Source of the DNA: an uncultured virus (IMG/VR IMGVR_UViG_3300046007_013272)
Taxonomy: Duplodnaviria; Heunggongvirae; Uroviricota; Caudoviricetes
Strand: one strand, 5' to 3'
DNA length: 20,000 nucleotides
Virus record (IMG/VR): IMGVR_UViG_3300046007_013272
The translations under genes were made by a program, and so were the position numbers. Positions 8,198 through 18,519 of the stretch are shown here, one piece after another (the first letter of the stretch is position 1; every line of letters starts with the position of its first letter). The notes under the pieces are model-generated. The model ran no database searches and was not told the origin of the DNA. It was given only the letters and a program-made list of their open reading frames with translations.

Positions 8198-9912
8198 TGA
8201 GTTACAAATCTTGTTTTGCTACTAGATTAGGCAATAACAAATATAAAATCCATTTATGGGAAGATAAGGGTTACACTAATTTTGAGTGGAACTACCCTGC
8301 CTACATCGAATGTGACGAACAAGAAGAAGAATTTGTTGGTTTAAAAAAAGAATCTCTTAGGAAAACTTACAAATGGGATAAAGAAGATAATAAAGTTCAT
8401 TTTAACGATATGAAACCTTACCAAAGGTTTTTAGTTGAAAAGTATGGAACTAATGATGAACCTTCAACAACCCATAAAGAAGTATTTTTTGATATTGAGA
8501 TTGAAATGGGGGGAGCACTTACGGAAGAATATATCAAAAGTGCTCCCAAACCCGTTACTTCAATTGCATGGTGGTACAAACAAGAGGATCAATGGGTAAT
8601 TCTTATTTTAGATAAAAAAGGACAATTAAAGCACACCAAAGCTAAAAATAAAGAAATTGTTCCTTGTGAAAGCGAAGAAAAGCTTTTAGAAACTTTCTTA
8701 ATAAGAATGCGCGAAATTAATCCGGATATACTCATAGGGTATAATAGCGATTATTTCGACATACCCTACCTCTACTACCGCATCTCTAATGTATTCGACC
8801 AAGAAATCGCTAGTGCTATCTCTCCGGTTAACATTGTTTACGACCAAAGTGAGTGGAATAAAGACCAACCCCTACTAATGGCGGGAGTTGAAAATCTTGA
8901 CTACATGAAGCTACACAAAAAATATAGCTTTAAAGATGAACCCTCGTATAAATTAGATGCGTTAGGTAAAAAATACGTTGGTTTAGAAAAAATTGAATAC
9001 GAAGGTAGTTTAGATCGGTTGTTTGAAGAAGATATTCAAACTTTTATTCAATATAACTTTCGAGATGTTGAGATCTTAAAAGCGTTAGACGAAAAATTTC
9101 AATATATTTCGTTAACAAAAAACCTAGCCCACAAAGGTAAGATCAATTATAGTGACGTCTATAAAAACAGCATGATTCACGACGGCGCAATTAGTGCTTA
9201 CCTATTGTCTCAAGGTACTATACCGCCTAGCCGCGATAAAAACCCAATTACTAAGTTGAACTACGCCGGTGGTTACTTATTTTGCCCCCAAGCAGGGTTA
9301 TATAAGTATATGTTTGACGAAGATTTAACTTCTCTATACCCATCTATTATTATGTCTTTAAACATTGGTAAAGAAACGCTAGTAGGGCGTATAATTATAC
9401 CAAATGAGAAAGTTATAGTGGAAGGAAAGGAAATATTTAACTGCCGTTACGGATTAAATGATTTGAAAAAACTAAATCCGGAAACCGAACTTACACTGGA
9501 AAATTCATCCAGAAAACGAACCAAGATAGAGGCTGGGAAACTTATAAATCTAATTGAAGATATGGGATTTGCAGTGTCTGCTAATGGTGTTATGTATAGA
9601 ACAGATTTCGATTCAGTATTGAAAACTATTCTTGCTAAATGGTTTGAAGAAAGGGTTTTGTATAAAAATAAAATGAAGGAATCTTATAAAGCAGGTGATA
9701 AAGAGAAAGGGGCTCAATACCACTTACTACAACATACAATGAAGATCTTGTTGAACTCATTGTATGGTGCTACTGCTTTAGGGGGTTTTCGTTATGGTAA
9801 TGTTATTCTAAGTGAGAGTATTACATTGTCCGGTCAGCGTATTATCCAAGAATCGGCCTTGTTTGCTAACACACATATGAACAAAATAATGCGAGAAGAG
9901 ATAGCCTTATGA
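8197..9912 (+). CDS. family B DNA polymerase, N-terminal part (exonuclease, motifs A and B)
   Basis: ExoI FDIEIE, ExoII GYNSDYFDIPYL, ExoIII YNFRDV, YAGGY, motif A DLTSLYPSII, motif B KILLNSLYG; ends before motif C. Confidence 0.93.
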   Translation: MSYKSCFATRLGNNKYKIHLWEDKGYTNFEWNYPAYIECDEQEEEFVGLKKESLRKTYKWDKEDNKVHFNDMKPYQRFLVEKYGTNDEPSTTHKEVFFDIEIEMGGALTEEYIKSAPKPVTSIAWWYKQEDQWVILILDKKGQLKHTKAKNKEIVPCESEEKLLETFLIRMREINPDILIGYNSDYFDIPYLYYRISNVFDQEIASAISPVNIVYDQSEWNKDQPLLMAGVENLDYMKLHKKYSFKDEPSYKLDALGKKYVGLEKIEYEGSLDRLFEEDIQTFIQYNFRDVEILKALDEKFQYISLTKNLAHKGKINYSDVYKNSMIHDGAISAYLLSQGTIPPSRDKNPITKLNYAGGYLFCPQAGLYKYMFDEDLTSLYPSIIMSLNIGKETLVGRIIIPNEKVIVEGKEIFNCRYGLNDLKKLNPETELTLENSSRKRTKIEAGKLINLIEDMGFAVSANGVMYRTDFDSVLKTILAKWFEERVLYKNKMKESYKAGDKEKGAQYHLLQHTMKILLNSLYGATALGGFRYGNVILSESITLSGQRIIQESALFANTHMNKIMREEIAL

Positions 9913-10157
9913 TATCAAAACAATCAATTCGAAACGGAGTCACTATATTTTGTGATGGAGAACAATTAAATAAAGATCAATTAATTAATCTTACTTTAAA
10001 TTGGTCAGATAAAGAAACCTCTTTATTAAAGAAAATGTTAAAACAAGGAGGTACTTTTAAAATTAAAGGTAAAAAATTTACTATTTTTGCTCTAGAAACC
10101 ATTTATAATTCTAAAGGAGAAGAAGAACAACCTTTAGAAGTATTTGATGAAGAATGA
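9909..10157 (+). CDS. hypothetical protein between the polymerase halves
   Basis: 82-aa ORF with ATGA overlaps on both sides. Confidence 0.7.
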   Translation: MISKQSIRNGVTIFCDGEQLNKDQLINLTLNWSDKETSLLKKMLKQGGTFKIKGKKFTIFALETIYNSKGEEEQPLEVFDEE

Positions 10158-10378
10158 AAACACAAAGAACCCTAGATTTACATGGTGTTAAACATGAGGA
10201 TGTTGAGAAAGAATTAGTTGATTTTTTCTTTTGGCATTCTCAAGAATTTAAAAATACTAAAATTATCACTGGTAAGTCTTCTGCTATGCAGAAAATTGTT
10301 ACTGAATGGCTTGATGGGTATGATTTTAAATATTATATTCCGTCTGATAATTTAGGCGAAATTCAAGTAATAGAATGA
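10154..10378 (+). CDS. stand-alone Smr/MutS2-like domain protein
   Basis: TLDLHGV...KIITGKS...NLGEIQV matches the Smr pattern LDLHG / IITGKG / GxxxV. Confidence 0.7.
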   Translation: MKTQRTLDLHGVKHEDVEKELVDFFFWHSQEFKNTKIITGKSSAMQKIVTEWLDGYDFKYYIPSDNLGEIQVIE

Positions 10379-11304
10379 TTCATTTAGAAGGTACTCCGTG
10401 GTTCATCTGTAAAGAAGATGACGTGAATTTCTGTGCTTATGTAGATACGGATTCTAACTATTATAATGCAGAGCCTTTATTAAAGCATCTTTATCCTAAT
10501 TTTGATGAGATGTCTGAAGCAGAAAGAGATGAAGCATTAGAAAAGATTGCCCTTAAATACCAAGATTTAATTACGGGGTACTACCAACAAATGGCTGAAG
10601 AAGTATTCAATATTAAAGAACACCGATTTGAAATGAAAACTGAAGCAGTTATTCGTTCGGCCTATTTTAGAGCTACTCGTAGATATGCTCAATGGATTAC
10701 TAAAAAAGAAGGTGTAACTAAAGAAGAATTAGATATTAAAGGGTTAGAGTTTATGAAAGCTAATTTCCCTCCAATATTTGGTAAATTCTTTAATTCAATC
10801 TTAGAAAAAGTACTAAAAGGATCTGATCAAAAAGAAATTGATAAATTACTTTTAGATTTTAAAAATTATATTCTTTCTAAAGATTTAGATATTGCTATTT
10901 TAGGTAACCCTACTTCAGTTAAAACTTTAGATAAATACATTGAACGTAAAGCTAAAAAAGGTGAAATGTTCTCTGCTATTAAACAAGGAGCACCTGCTTC
11001 AGTTAAAGCTGCTATTAAATATAATGATTTATTATCATTTTGGGGCTTAGATAAGCAACATTCTCGTATTGTACAAGGTGATAAAGTAAAATGGATTTAC
11101 TTAAAAGATAATCCTTATAAAATAGAGGCACTTGCTTTTCTTGATTTTGATATGCCTGATAAAATAAAAGATCTTTTAAATAAGTACGCAAATAAAAATA
11201 AATCTTTTGAGTCTATTCTTGAAAGTAAATTAGAAGGTTTTTATCATGATTTGGGTTGGAGTTTAAATCTTAACCCTTACATTACAATGTTTTTTAATAT
11301 ATAA
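10375..11304 (+). CDS. family B DNA polymerase, C-terminal part (motif C, thumb)
   Basis: YVDTDS motif C, RRYA, IKGLE. Confidence 0.92.
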   Translation: MIHLEGTPWFICKEDDVNFCAYVDTDSNYYNAEPLLKHLYPNFDEMSEAERDEALEKIALKYQDLITGYYQQMAEEVFNIKEHRFEMKTEAVIRSAYFRATRRYAQWITKKEGVTKEELDIKGLEFMKANFPPIFGKFFNSILEKVLKGSDQKEIDKLLLDFKNYILSKDLDIAILGNPTSVKTLDKYIERKAKKGEMFSAIKQGAPASVKAAIKYNDLLSFWGLDKQHSRIVQGDKVKWIYLKDNPYKIEALAFLDFDMPDKIKDLLNKYANKNKSFESILESKLEGFYHDLGWSLNLNPYITMFFNI

Positions 11305-11307
11305 GTT

Positions 11308-12054
11308 ATGATTAATAAAAGTGAACTCCAATCAATTATTTCAAAATATTTTTTGGGAGGTCTTAATGAAGCTGTTAGGTGGGAAGTAAGTGATAAAAAA
11401 TTAAATATTAGTTTTAAATCACCTAATAAGGAAATGATTGGTAAAATATGCCATAAAAATTTTCCTTTAAATAATTGTGAAATTGGTATAACTGATACAA
11501 GTAAACTTAATAAATTACTTGCAGTAACAACAGGATTAATAGAATTAAAATTAGATTCTATAAATAAAGTATTTACTAAACTTTCATTTTCAGATACCAA
11601 TTACACACTACATTATCCACTAGGTGATATTTTACTTAACCAGTTTAAAAAATTAAATGAACCTACTGATAATTTTACATTTGAGATTAATTGTGATTTA
11701 ACTAAAGAAATAGTAGATAACATTATTAGAGCAAAATCAGCTTTAGATAGTGATAATGTTATTTTTAATGTAGGTAGAAATTTTGATGGTGAAGCTGTAT
11801 TAGAATTAATCTTTGGAGACAATTCAGAACATTCTAATAAAATTAATTATATAATTCAAGATGTTTCTTTATCAAATGGAACTATGGATTTTGTAATTCC
11901 GTTTAATTCTGACATTCTTAAAACTATATTAAGTAATAATAAAGATTTTGAAACAGCTCACATGAGTTTAAACACTCAAGGGTTATTAAAATTGCAATTT
12001 GAAAACGAAAATATTGAAAGTACTTACTTTTTAGTAAGAAAAGCAGATCTTTAA
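11308..12054 (+). CDS. sliding clamp (gp45/PCNA-like)
   Basis: 248 aa, two-domain alpha/beta pattern, C-terminal STYFLV; follows the polymerase; clamp loader nearby. Confidence 0.7.
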   Translation: MINKSELQSIISKYFLGGLNEAVRWEVSDKKLNISFKSPNKEMIGKICHKNFPLNNCEIGITDTSKLNKLLAVTTGLIELKLDSINKVFTKLSFSDTNYTLHYPLGDILLNQFKKLNEPTDNFTFEINCDLTKEIVDNIIRAKSALDSDNVIFNVGRNFDGEAVLELIFGDNSEHSNKINYIIQDVSLSNGTMDFVIPFNSDILKTILSNNKDFETAHMSLNTQGLLKLQFENENIESTYFLVRKADL

Positions 12055-12061
12055 TATTTAT

Positions 12062-12102
12062 AAAAGACCTCGTACTTTAGCTTGCCGGGTATTAGGTCTT
12101 TT
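12062..12102 (+). terminator. hairpin, probable terminator after the clamp gene
   Basis: AAAAGACCT (12062-12070) pairs with AGGTCTTTT (12094-12102); inner GTACTT/GGGTAT extends the stem with G-U pairs. Confidence 0.55.
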
Positions 12103-12112
12103 CGTATCTTCG
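12082..12112 (+). promoter_or_regulatory. putative promoter for the chaperonin/clamp-loader operon
   Basis: TTGCCG (12082-12087), 17 nt, TATCTTCG (12105-12112). Confidence 0.55.
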
Positions 12113-12130
12113 GTTATAATTAAAAAGTTT

Positions 12131-12418
12131 ATGAGTGACAACCAAAAACCGACAGGAATCCGGTACATTAAAGATCCTGCTCTCGAACCTTATTTTATAC
12201 AATTAGATGACTACTGCTATGCAGTACAAGAAATAATTGTAGCCCAAGAAAGTGGTAAAGAATATCAAAACACTTTAGGGTTTTTCTCTGATTTTGGTAG
12301 TTGTTTAAAGGCAATTGCTAAAAGTGAAGTTAAAAAAGGTAGTTACGAAAGTGTAAAAGAATTCATTAAAGAATATAATAAAATAATTGATAGATTAAGT
12401 AAACTAACAGAGTTATGA
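12131..12418 (+). CDS. hypothetical protein, 95 aa
   Basis: ORF after the promoter motif; ATGA overlap with groES. Confidence 0.75.
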   Translation: MSDNQKPTGIRYIKDPALEPYFIQLDDYCYAVQEIIVAQESGKEYQNTLGFFSDFGSCLKAIAKSEVKKGSYESVKEFIKEYNKIIDRLSKLTEL

Positions 12419-12705
12419 AATTAGAAGCCCTATTTAATGCCATTATAGTAAAACCAATTGAATTGGAAGAAACTCTTTATGGTAATATTATTGTACCTGA
12501 TTTGGGTAGTGAAAGAAATAAAACAGCAGAAGTTATTTCTATTGGCCCTGGTTTTGAATCAGGTTATGGAAAATTTGTTAAAACTATCCTCGAAGTAGGA
12601 GATATTGTTGTATTACCTGCATTAGGATTTACCAAATTTGAATATCAAGGTGAAGAATACTGGATTGGTAAAGAAAATGATATTTTAGCAAAAATTAATA
12701 AATAA
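12415..12705 (+). CDS. groES: co-chaperonin GroES
   Basis: Mobile loop GNIIVPD, AEVISIGPG, LEVGDIV, ENDILAKI; adjacent to groEL. Confidence 0.9.
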   Translation: MKLEALFNAIIVKPIELEETLYGNIIVPDLGSERNKTAEVISIGPGFESGYGKFVKTILEVGDIVVLPALGFTKFEYQGEEYWIGKENDILAKINK

Positions 12706-14361
<1,656 letters not shown>

Positions 14362-14370
14362 CTTCTAAGT

Positions 14371-15276
14371 ATGAAAGAACATACTTTACTTGTTGAGAAG
14401 TACCGAAGTAAAACCCTTGATGAATATGTAGGAAATGAGAATGTCAAACTGACAATTTCTAAATATTTAGAACAGAACGACATTCAAAATCTTATATTTT
14501 ATGGACCCGCTGGAACTGGCAAAACTACTCTTGCTAAGCTCATTGTTAATAACCTTAATTGTGACCATCTTTACATCAATGCCTCAGACGAAAGAGGAAT
14601 TGAAACAATTAGGGACAAAGTGTCCGGTTTTGCTTCGGTTGCTTCGTTCAAACCACTCAAAGTAGTTATTTTAGACGAAGCAGATTTCTTAACAATTCAA
14701 GCCCAAGCTTCATTAAGAAGTGTTATTGAAACTTTTTCACGAAGTACTCGTTTTATTTTAACTTGTAACTTTGTTGAGCGTATTATTGACCCTCTTCAAT
14801 CACGTTGTCAGGTACTTAAAATTATACCTCCTTCAATGAAGGATGTTGCGCGACACGTAGCAGGTATTTTAGATAAAGAAAATATTGATTGGGATAAAGA
14901 ATCATTAGGCACTATTGTTAAACAATTTTACCCAGATGTTCGTAAAATTTTAGGTACAGCTCAATTATCTACAATTGATAATAAACTTACTTTAGATAAA
15001 TCAATACTTGTATCGAATAATTACATTGAGCAAGTTATAAACGAACTTAAAACCAGTAAAAACTGGAAAAATATCCGCCAGATAATTACAGATTCTAATA
15101 TTAATGATTATGATGAATTATTTAAAGCACTTTACGAGAAAGCTTCAACATATGCTGGAGGGAACGAGGGAGTTATAACAATTATTCTTGAAGAATATCA
15201 ATATCATGCTAATTTTAGAATAGATAAAGAAATTAATATCATGGCTTGTATTGCAAAAGTTATTCAAGCTCTATGA
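14371..15276 (+). CDS. clamp loader AAA+ subunit (RFC small subunit/gp44-like)
   Basis: VEKYR, Walker A GPAGTGKTT, NASDERG, Walker B ILDEAD, SRC motif LQSRC. Confidence 0.93.
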   Translation: MKEHTLLVEKYRSKTLDEYVGNENVKLTISKYLEQNDIQNLIFYGPAGTGKTTLAKLIVNNLNCDHLYINASDERGIETIRDKVSGFASVASFKPLKVVILDEADFLTIQAQASLRSVIETFSRSTRFILTCNFVERIIDPLQSRCQVLKIIPPSMKDVARHVAGILDKENIDWDKESLGTIVKQFYPDVRKILGTAQLSTIDNKLTLDKSILVSNNYIEQVINELKTSKNWKNIRQIITDSNINDYDELFKALYEKASTYAGGNEGVITIILEEYQYHANFRIDKEINIMACIAKVIQAL

Positions 15277-15470
15277 AAAAATTTATCTCATATACATTAA
15301 GTTGGATTAGTGGTAATTTGTCAATACCTTTTTGGATGGTAGGACACGTTCACCTAACAACAAATGTATATGAAGATTTATATGAAATTATAGCTTCCTT
15401 TGGGATGAATATAATAGTAGGAATAGGCTTTTATTTAGATTGGTTAAAACACAAAAAAGAAAACTCATGA
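15273..15470 (+). CDS. small membrane protein, 65 aa
   Basis: Likely ATG 15273 (ATGA overlap); two hydrophobic segments. Confidence 0.6.
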   Translation: MKKFISYTLSWISGNLSIPFWMVGHVHLTTNVYEDLYEIIASFGMNIIVGIGFYLDWLKHKKENS

Positions 15471-15709
15471 AAAACACAGAACAACCTAGATTAAATATTA
15501 ATCTAAAAAATACAGAAATCGTAAAATCAGAAGATGGTAATGTAGTATTTGCTGAAGGTCTTATTCTTCGCAAAGCTTCTAAATTTATGACCGGAACTGC
15601 AGAGGATGCTATTATCCCTATCCCCGTATTTTATGATGTAACTAGTGGTAAAATTCTAAAAGATACTTTACCTAAGGATTTACAAGACGAGTACAATGAA
15701 TTTGTTTGA
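15467..15709 (+). CDS. hypothetical protein, 80 aa
   Basis: Likely ATG 15467 (ATGA overlap); sits between the clamp-loader subunits. Confidence 0.7.
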   Translation: MKNTEQPRLNINLKNTEIVKSEDGNVVFAEGLILRKASKFMTGTAEDAIIPIPVFYDVTSGKILKDTLPKDLQDEYNEFV

Positions 15710-16112
15710 TTGGTTAAAAGAAATAACAACCAATAAAACACCTTGGGAAAATTTTTCTGAGAAAGATCGCGAGTCTTTTAATGTTTTCATGATTAATCGG
15801 TATTTATCGATGGATGTTAATTATATAGAATTTGTAAATTATGTCCAAACAATCCCGTTTACCGAAAAAGAAAAATATTATACCATTTATTGTCAAATGA
15901 TTCCCAAGAAAAATGTATTTTTAAAATACACTAAATCAAATAAAAAAATAAAACCACAAGAAGTAGTAGAATACATAGCAAAATATTATGAATGTAGTTT
16001 AGGTGAAGCTGATCACTATATTGATATAATTCGAGAACCAGGTGTTCGACATATTTTGTGGGAAATGGGAGTTGACGTTAAAGAACAAGATAAGTTAATT
16101 AAAAAACTTTAA
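15696..16112 (+). CDS. clamp loader subunit (gp62-like)
   Basis: FNVFMINRYLSM...IPKKNVFLKY...IAKYYECSLGEA resembles T4 gp62-family motifs; replication context. Confidence 0.72.
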   Translation: MNLFDWLKEITTNKTPWENFSEKDRESFNVFMINRYLSMDVNYIEFVNYVQTIPFTEKEKYYTIYCQMIPKKNVFLKYTKSNKKIKPQEVVEYIAKYYECSLGEADHYIDIIREPGVRHILWEMGVDVKEQDKLIKKL

Positions 16113-16113
16113 T

Positions 16114-16791
16114 ATGGATTTAAAAGGTTTTGACTGGGGTTGGATGGCTGAAGGAGATGCTTTTCACCAAAAGGCTATTACATTTGAAATTTTTGAACAA
16201 AATTTATACGAAAAGTTTTTTGAAGTTGAAGAAGGTGATATTGTATTAGATGTTGGTTCTAGCATTGGTCCTTTTACTTATTCTATACTTCATAAAAATC
16301 CATCTAAAGTATTTTGTATAGAACCATCAGTAATTGAACACCCTACTTTAGAAAAAAATACACAAGGAGGTCCTGTTACTATTATTAAAAAAGCTATAAC
16401 ACCTACTGATGGTGAATTAGCTACTACTGAAATTTTTGATCCAACAAAATCTTCAACATTAGAGGGTATTTCATTTAAAACTTTACTAAAAGAAAATAAT
16501 ATTAATAAGATAGATTTTCTTAAAACAGATTGTGAAGGAGGAGAATATAGTATTTTTAATTTTGAAAATCTTTGTTGGTTAAAAGATAATCTAGGAGTAG
16601 CAGTAGGTGAATGGCATCTATCTACCCCAGAACTAAAACAACAATTTAGAGTATTTAGGGATGTTTTCCTTAGGCTTTTTCCAAATCATGCTGTATATTC
16701 TGTAGATGGGATAGATATAAAATGGGATTTGTGGAATGAGCATTTTATAGAATACTATAATGAAGTTATAATTTACATAAACAATAAATAA
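16114..16791 (+). CDS. FkbM-family SAM-dependent methyltransferase
   Basis: VLDVGSSIG, IEP, IDFLKTDCEGGE, GEWH. Confidence 0.88.
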   Translation: MDLKGFDWGWMAEGDAFHQKAITFEIFEQNLYEKFFEVEEGDIVLDVGSSIGPFTYSILHKNPSKVFCIEPSVIEHPTLEKNTQGGPVTIIKKAITPTDGELATTEIFDPTKSSTLEGISFKTLLKENNINKIDFLKTDCEGGEYSIFNFENLCWLKDNLGVAVGEWHLSTPELKQQFRVFRDVFLRLFPNHAVYSVDGIDIKWDLWNEHFIEYYNEVIIYINNK

Positions 16792-16792
16792 A

Positions 16793-17155
16793 ATGGAAGA
16801 ACAAGCAGGTTACGGTAATTCAAAAGCAGTTACAGATTTTCAAAAAACATACCCTGAATTAGCAGCTGAATTTAAGCAAATTCAAGAGGAACAATATGAA
16901 TTGTTCGCTGCTAAAATGATGGATTACGGTCTAGGTAATATTGCTTTGGGCTCAACACTCGAAGACCAAGATGATATAAACCTTTCAATCACAGGCATCT
17001 GGCTTCGCTGTAATGATAAAATCAATCGCTTAAAGAATATTCTTAAGCGTAATGGTAAAAATTACGTAGCAGGAGAAGCCGCAATTGATAGTTTTATTGA
17101 CATTTCAAACTATGGAATCATTGCCCAGCTAGTTATGAGAAATAAGTGGAAATGA
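16793..17155 (+). CDS. nucleotide-modification-associated domain 1 (Nmad1/DUF1599-like) protein
   Basis: FAAKMMDYG...RCNDKINRL...SFIDISNYGII pattern. Confidence 0.7.
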   Translation: MEEQAGYGNSKAVTDFQKTYPELAAEFKQIQEEQYELFAAKMMDYGLGNIALGSTLEDQDDINLSITGIWLRCNDKINRLKNILKRNGKNYVAGEAAIDSFIDISNYGIIAQLVMRNKWK

Positions 17156-18519
17156 TAAAGTTAATTATTTTTGATTTAGATGGAGTATTAGTTGAAGCTA
17201 AAAATCTTCATTATGAAGCCCTAAATAAAGCTTTAGGGAATGAATATTCTATTAGTTGGAAAGAACATTTAAGTAAATATGATGGTTTAAAAACCAATCA
17301 AAAACTTGAAATGTTAACTAAGGAAAAAGGTTTACCAGTTGAATTACATTCTAAAGTTTGGGAAGATAAACAAAAATATACTTTAGAAGAACTTCGTGCC
17401 CTTAAACCGAATGAAGAATTTCAATTAATGATGTCATCTTTATCTGAAAGCGGTTATAAACTAGCAGTTTGTTCTAATAGCATTCGAAAAACAGTATTAA
17501 CTGTACTTTCTAAGTTAGGGATAATGGAATTTATGGATTTAGTTATTTCTAACGAAGACGTTAAAAATAGCAAACCACACCCTGAAATGTATTGGAAGGC
17601 TATTTCTATGATGAGTTGCCTCCCAGAAGAAACACTTATTGTAGAAGATTCACCTTATGGATTATTAGCAGCTTCAAGAAGTAAATCACATATTTTAAGA
17701 GTAAAAAATCCAAAAGAAGTTACTTATACAAATATTTTTAATAAATTAACAGAAATAGAAAAAGGATACGTCATGAAATCACCTGCTTGGAGAGATAATA
17801 AATTAAATGTAATTATACCAATGGCTGGAGCAGGTTCTAGATTTGCTCAAGCGGGTTATACATTCCCTAAACCTTTAATTGATGTTAAAGGTAAACCTAT
17901 GATTCAAGTTGTAGTTGAAATGCTTAACATTAAAGCTAATTTTATCTATGCAGTACAAAAAGAACATAGAGAAAAATACAACTTAGATACTCTACTCAAT
18001 TTACTTACTCCAGGATGTAAAATTATAGAAGTAGATGGTGTAACCGAAGGTGCTGCTTGTACTGCTTTATTAGCTAAAGAATATATTGATAATGATTCTC
18101 CACTTTTGTTTGCTAATTCAGATCAACATATTATTTGGGATTCAAATGAATTCTTTTATAAAATGAATGAAACTAGTGTTGATGGAGGTATTTTATGTTT
18201 TAAAGGCACTCATCCTAAATGGTCATTTGCTAAAGTAGATGAAAATAATAGAGTAACCGAAGTAGCAGAAAAAAACCCAATCTCAGATAATGCAACAGTT
18301 GGAATGTATTACTGGAAACAAGGTTCAGACTTTGTAAAATATGCTGAACAAATGATTTCTAAAAATATTAGGGTAAATAATGAATTTTATGTTTGTCCTG
18401 TATATAATGAAGCTATTCAAGATGATAAACATATTTCATGTTTTATGATTGATAAAGATGATATGTGGGGATTAGGTACCCCTGAAGAGTTAACGTATTA
18501 TCTTGAAAATTTTAAATAA
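17152..18519 (+). CDS. fusion of HAD phosphatase and sugar-phosphate nucleotidyltransferase (BcbE-like/NTP_transferase)
   Basis: N-terminal FDLDGVL, CSNS, KPHP, VEDSPYG; C-terminal IPMAGAGSRF...PKPLI, NSDQ, GLGTPEEL; likely ATG 17152 (ATGA overlap). Confidence 0.88.
   Translation: MIKLIIFDLDGVLVEAKNLHYEALNKALGNEYSISWKEHLSKYDGLKTNQKLEMLTKEKGLPVELHSKVWEDKQKYTLEELRALKPNEEFQLMMSSLSESGYKLAVCSNSIRKTVLTVLSKLGIMEFMDLVISNEDVKNSKPHPEMYWKAISMMSCLPEETLIVEDSPYGLLAASRSKSHILRVKNPKEVTYTNIFNKLTEIEKGYVMKSPAWRDNKLNVIIPMAGAGSRFAQAGYTFPKPLIDVKGKPMIQVVVEMLNIKANFIYAVQKEHREKYNLDTLLNLLTPGCKIIEVDGVTEGAACTALLAKEYIDNDSPLLFANSDQHIIWDSNEFFYKMNETSVDGGILCFKGTHPKWSFAKVDENNRVTEVAEKNPISDNATVGMYYWKQGSDFVKYAEQMISKNIRVNNEFYVCPVYNEAIQDDKHISCFMIDKDDMWGLGTPEELTYYLENFK

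Noticed and set aside
8700..9550. Apparent rise in CG-containing codons within the polymerase N-half, suggesting a mosaic segment
   Set aside because: Visual impression only; needs a sliding-window codon and GC calculation
9910..10374. Self-splicing intron, split intein or stop-codon readthrough joining the polymerase halves
   Set aside because: The spacer is fully occupied by two coupled ORFs, shows no obvious intron structure or intein termini, and has an in-frame TAA soon after the TGA; not formally excluded without RT-PCR
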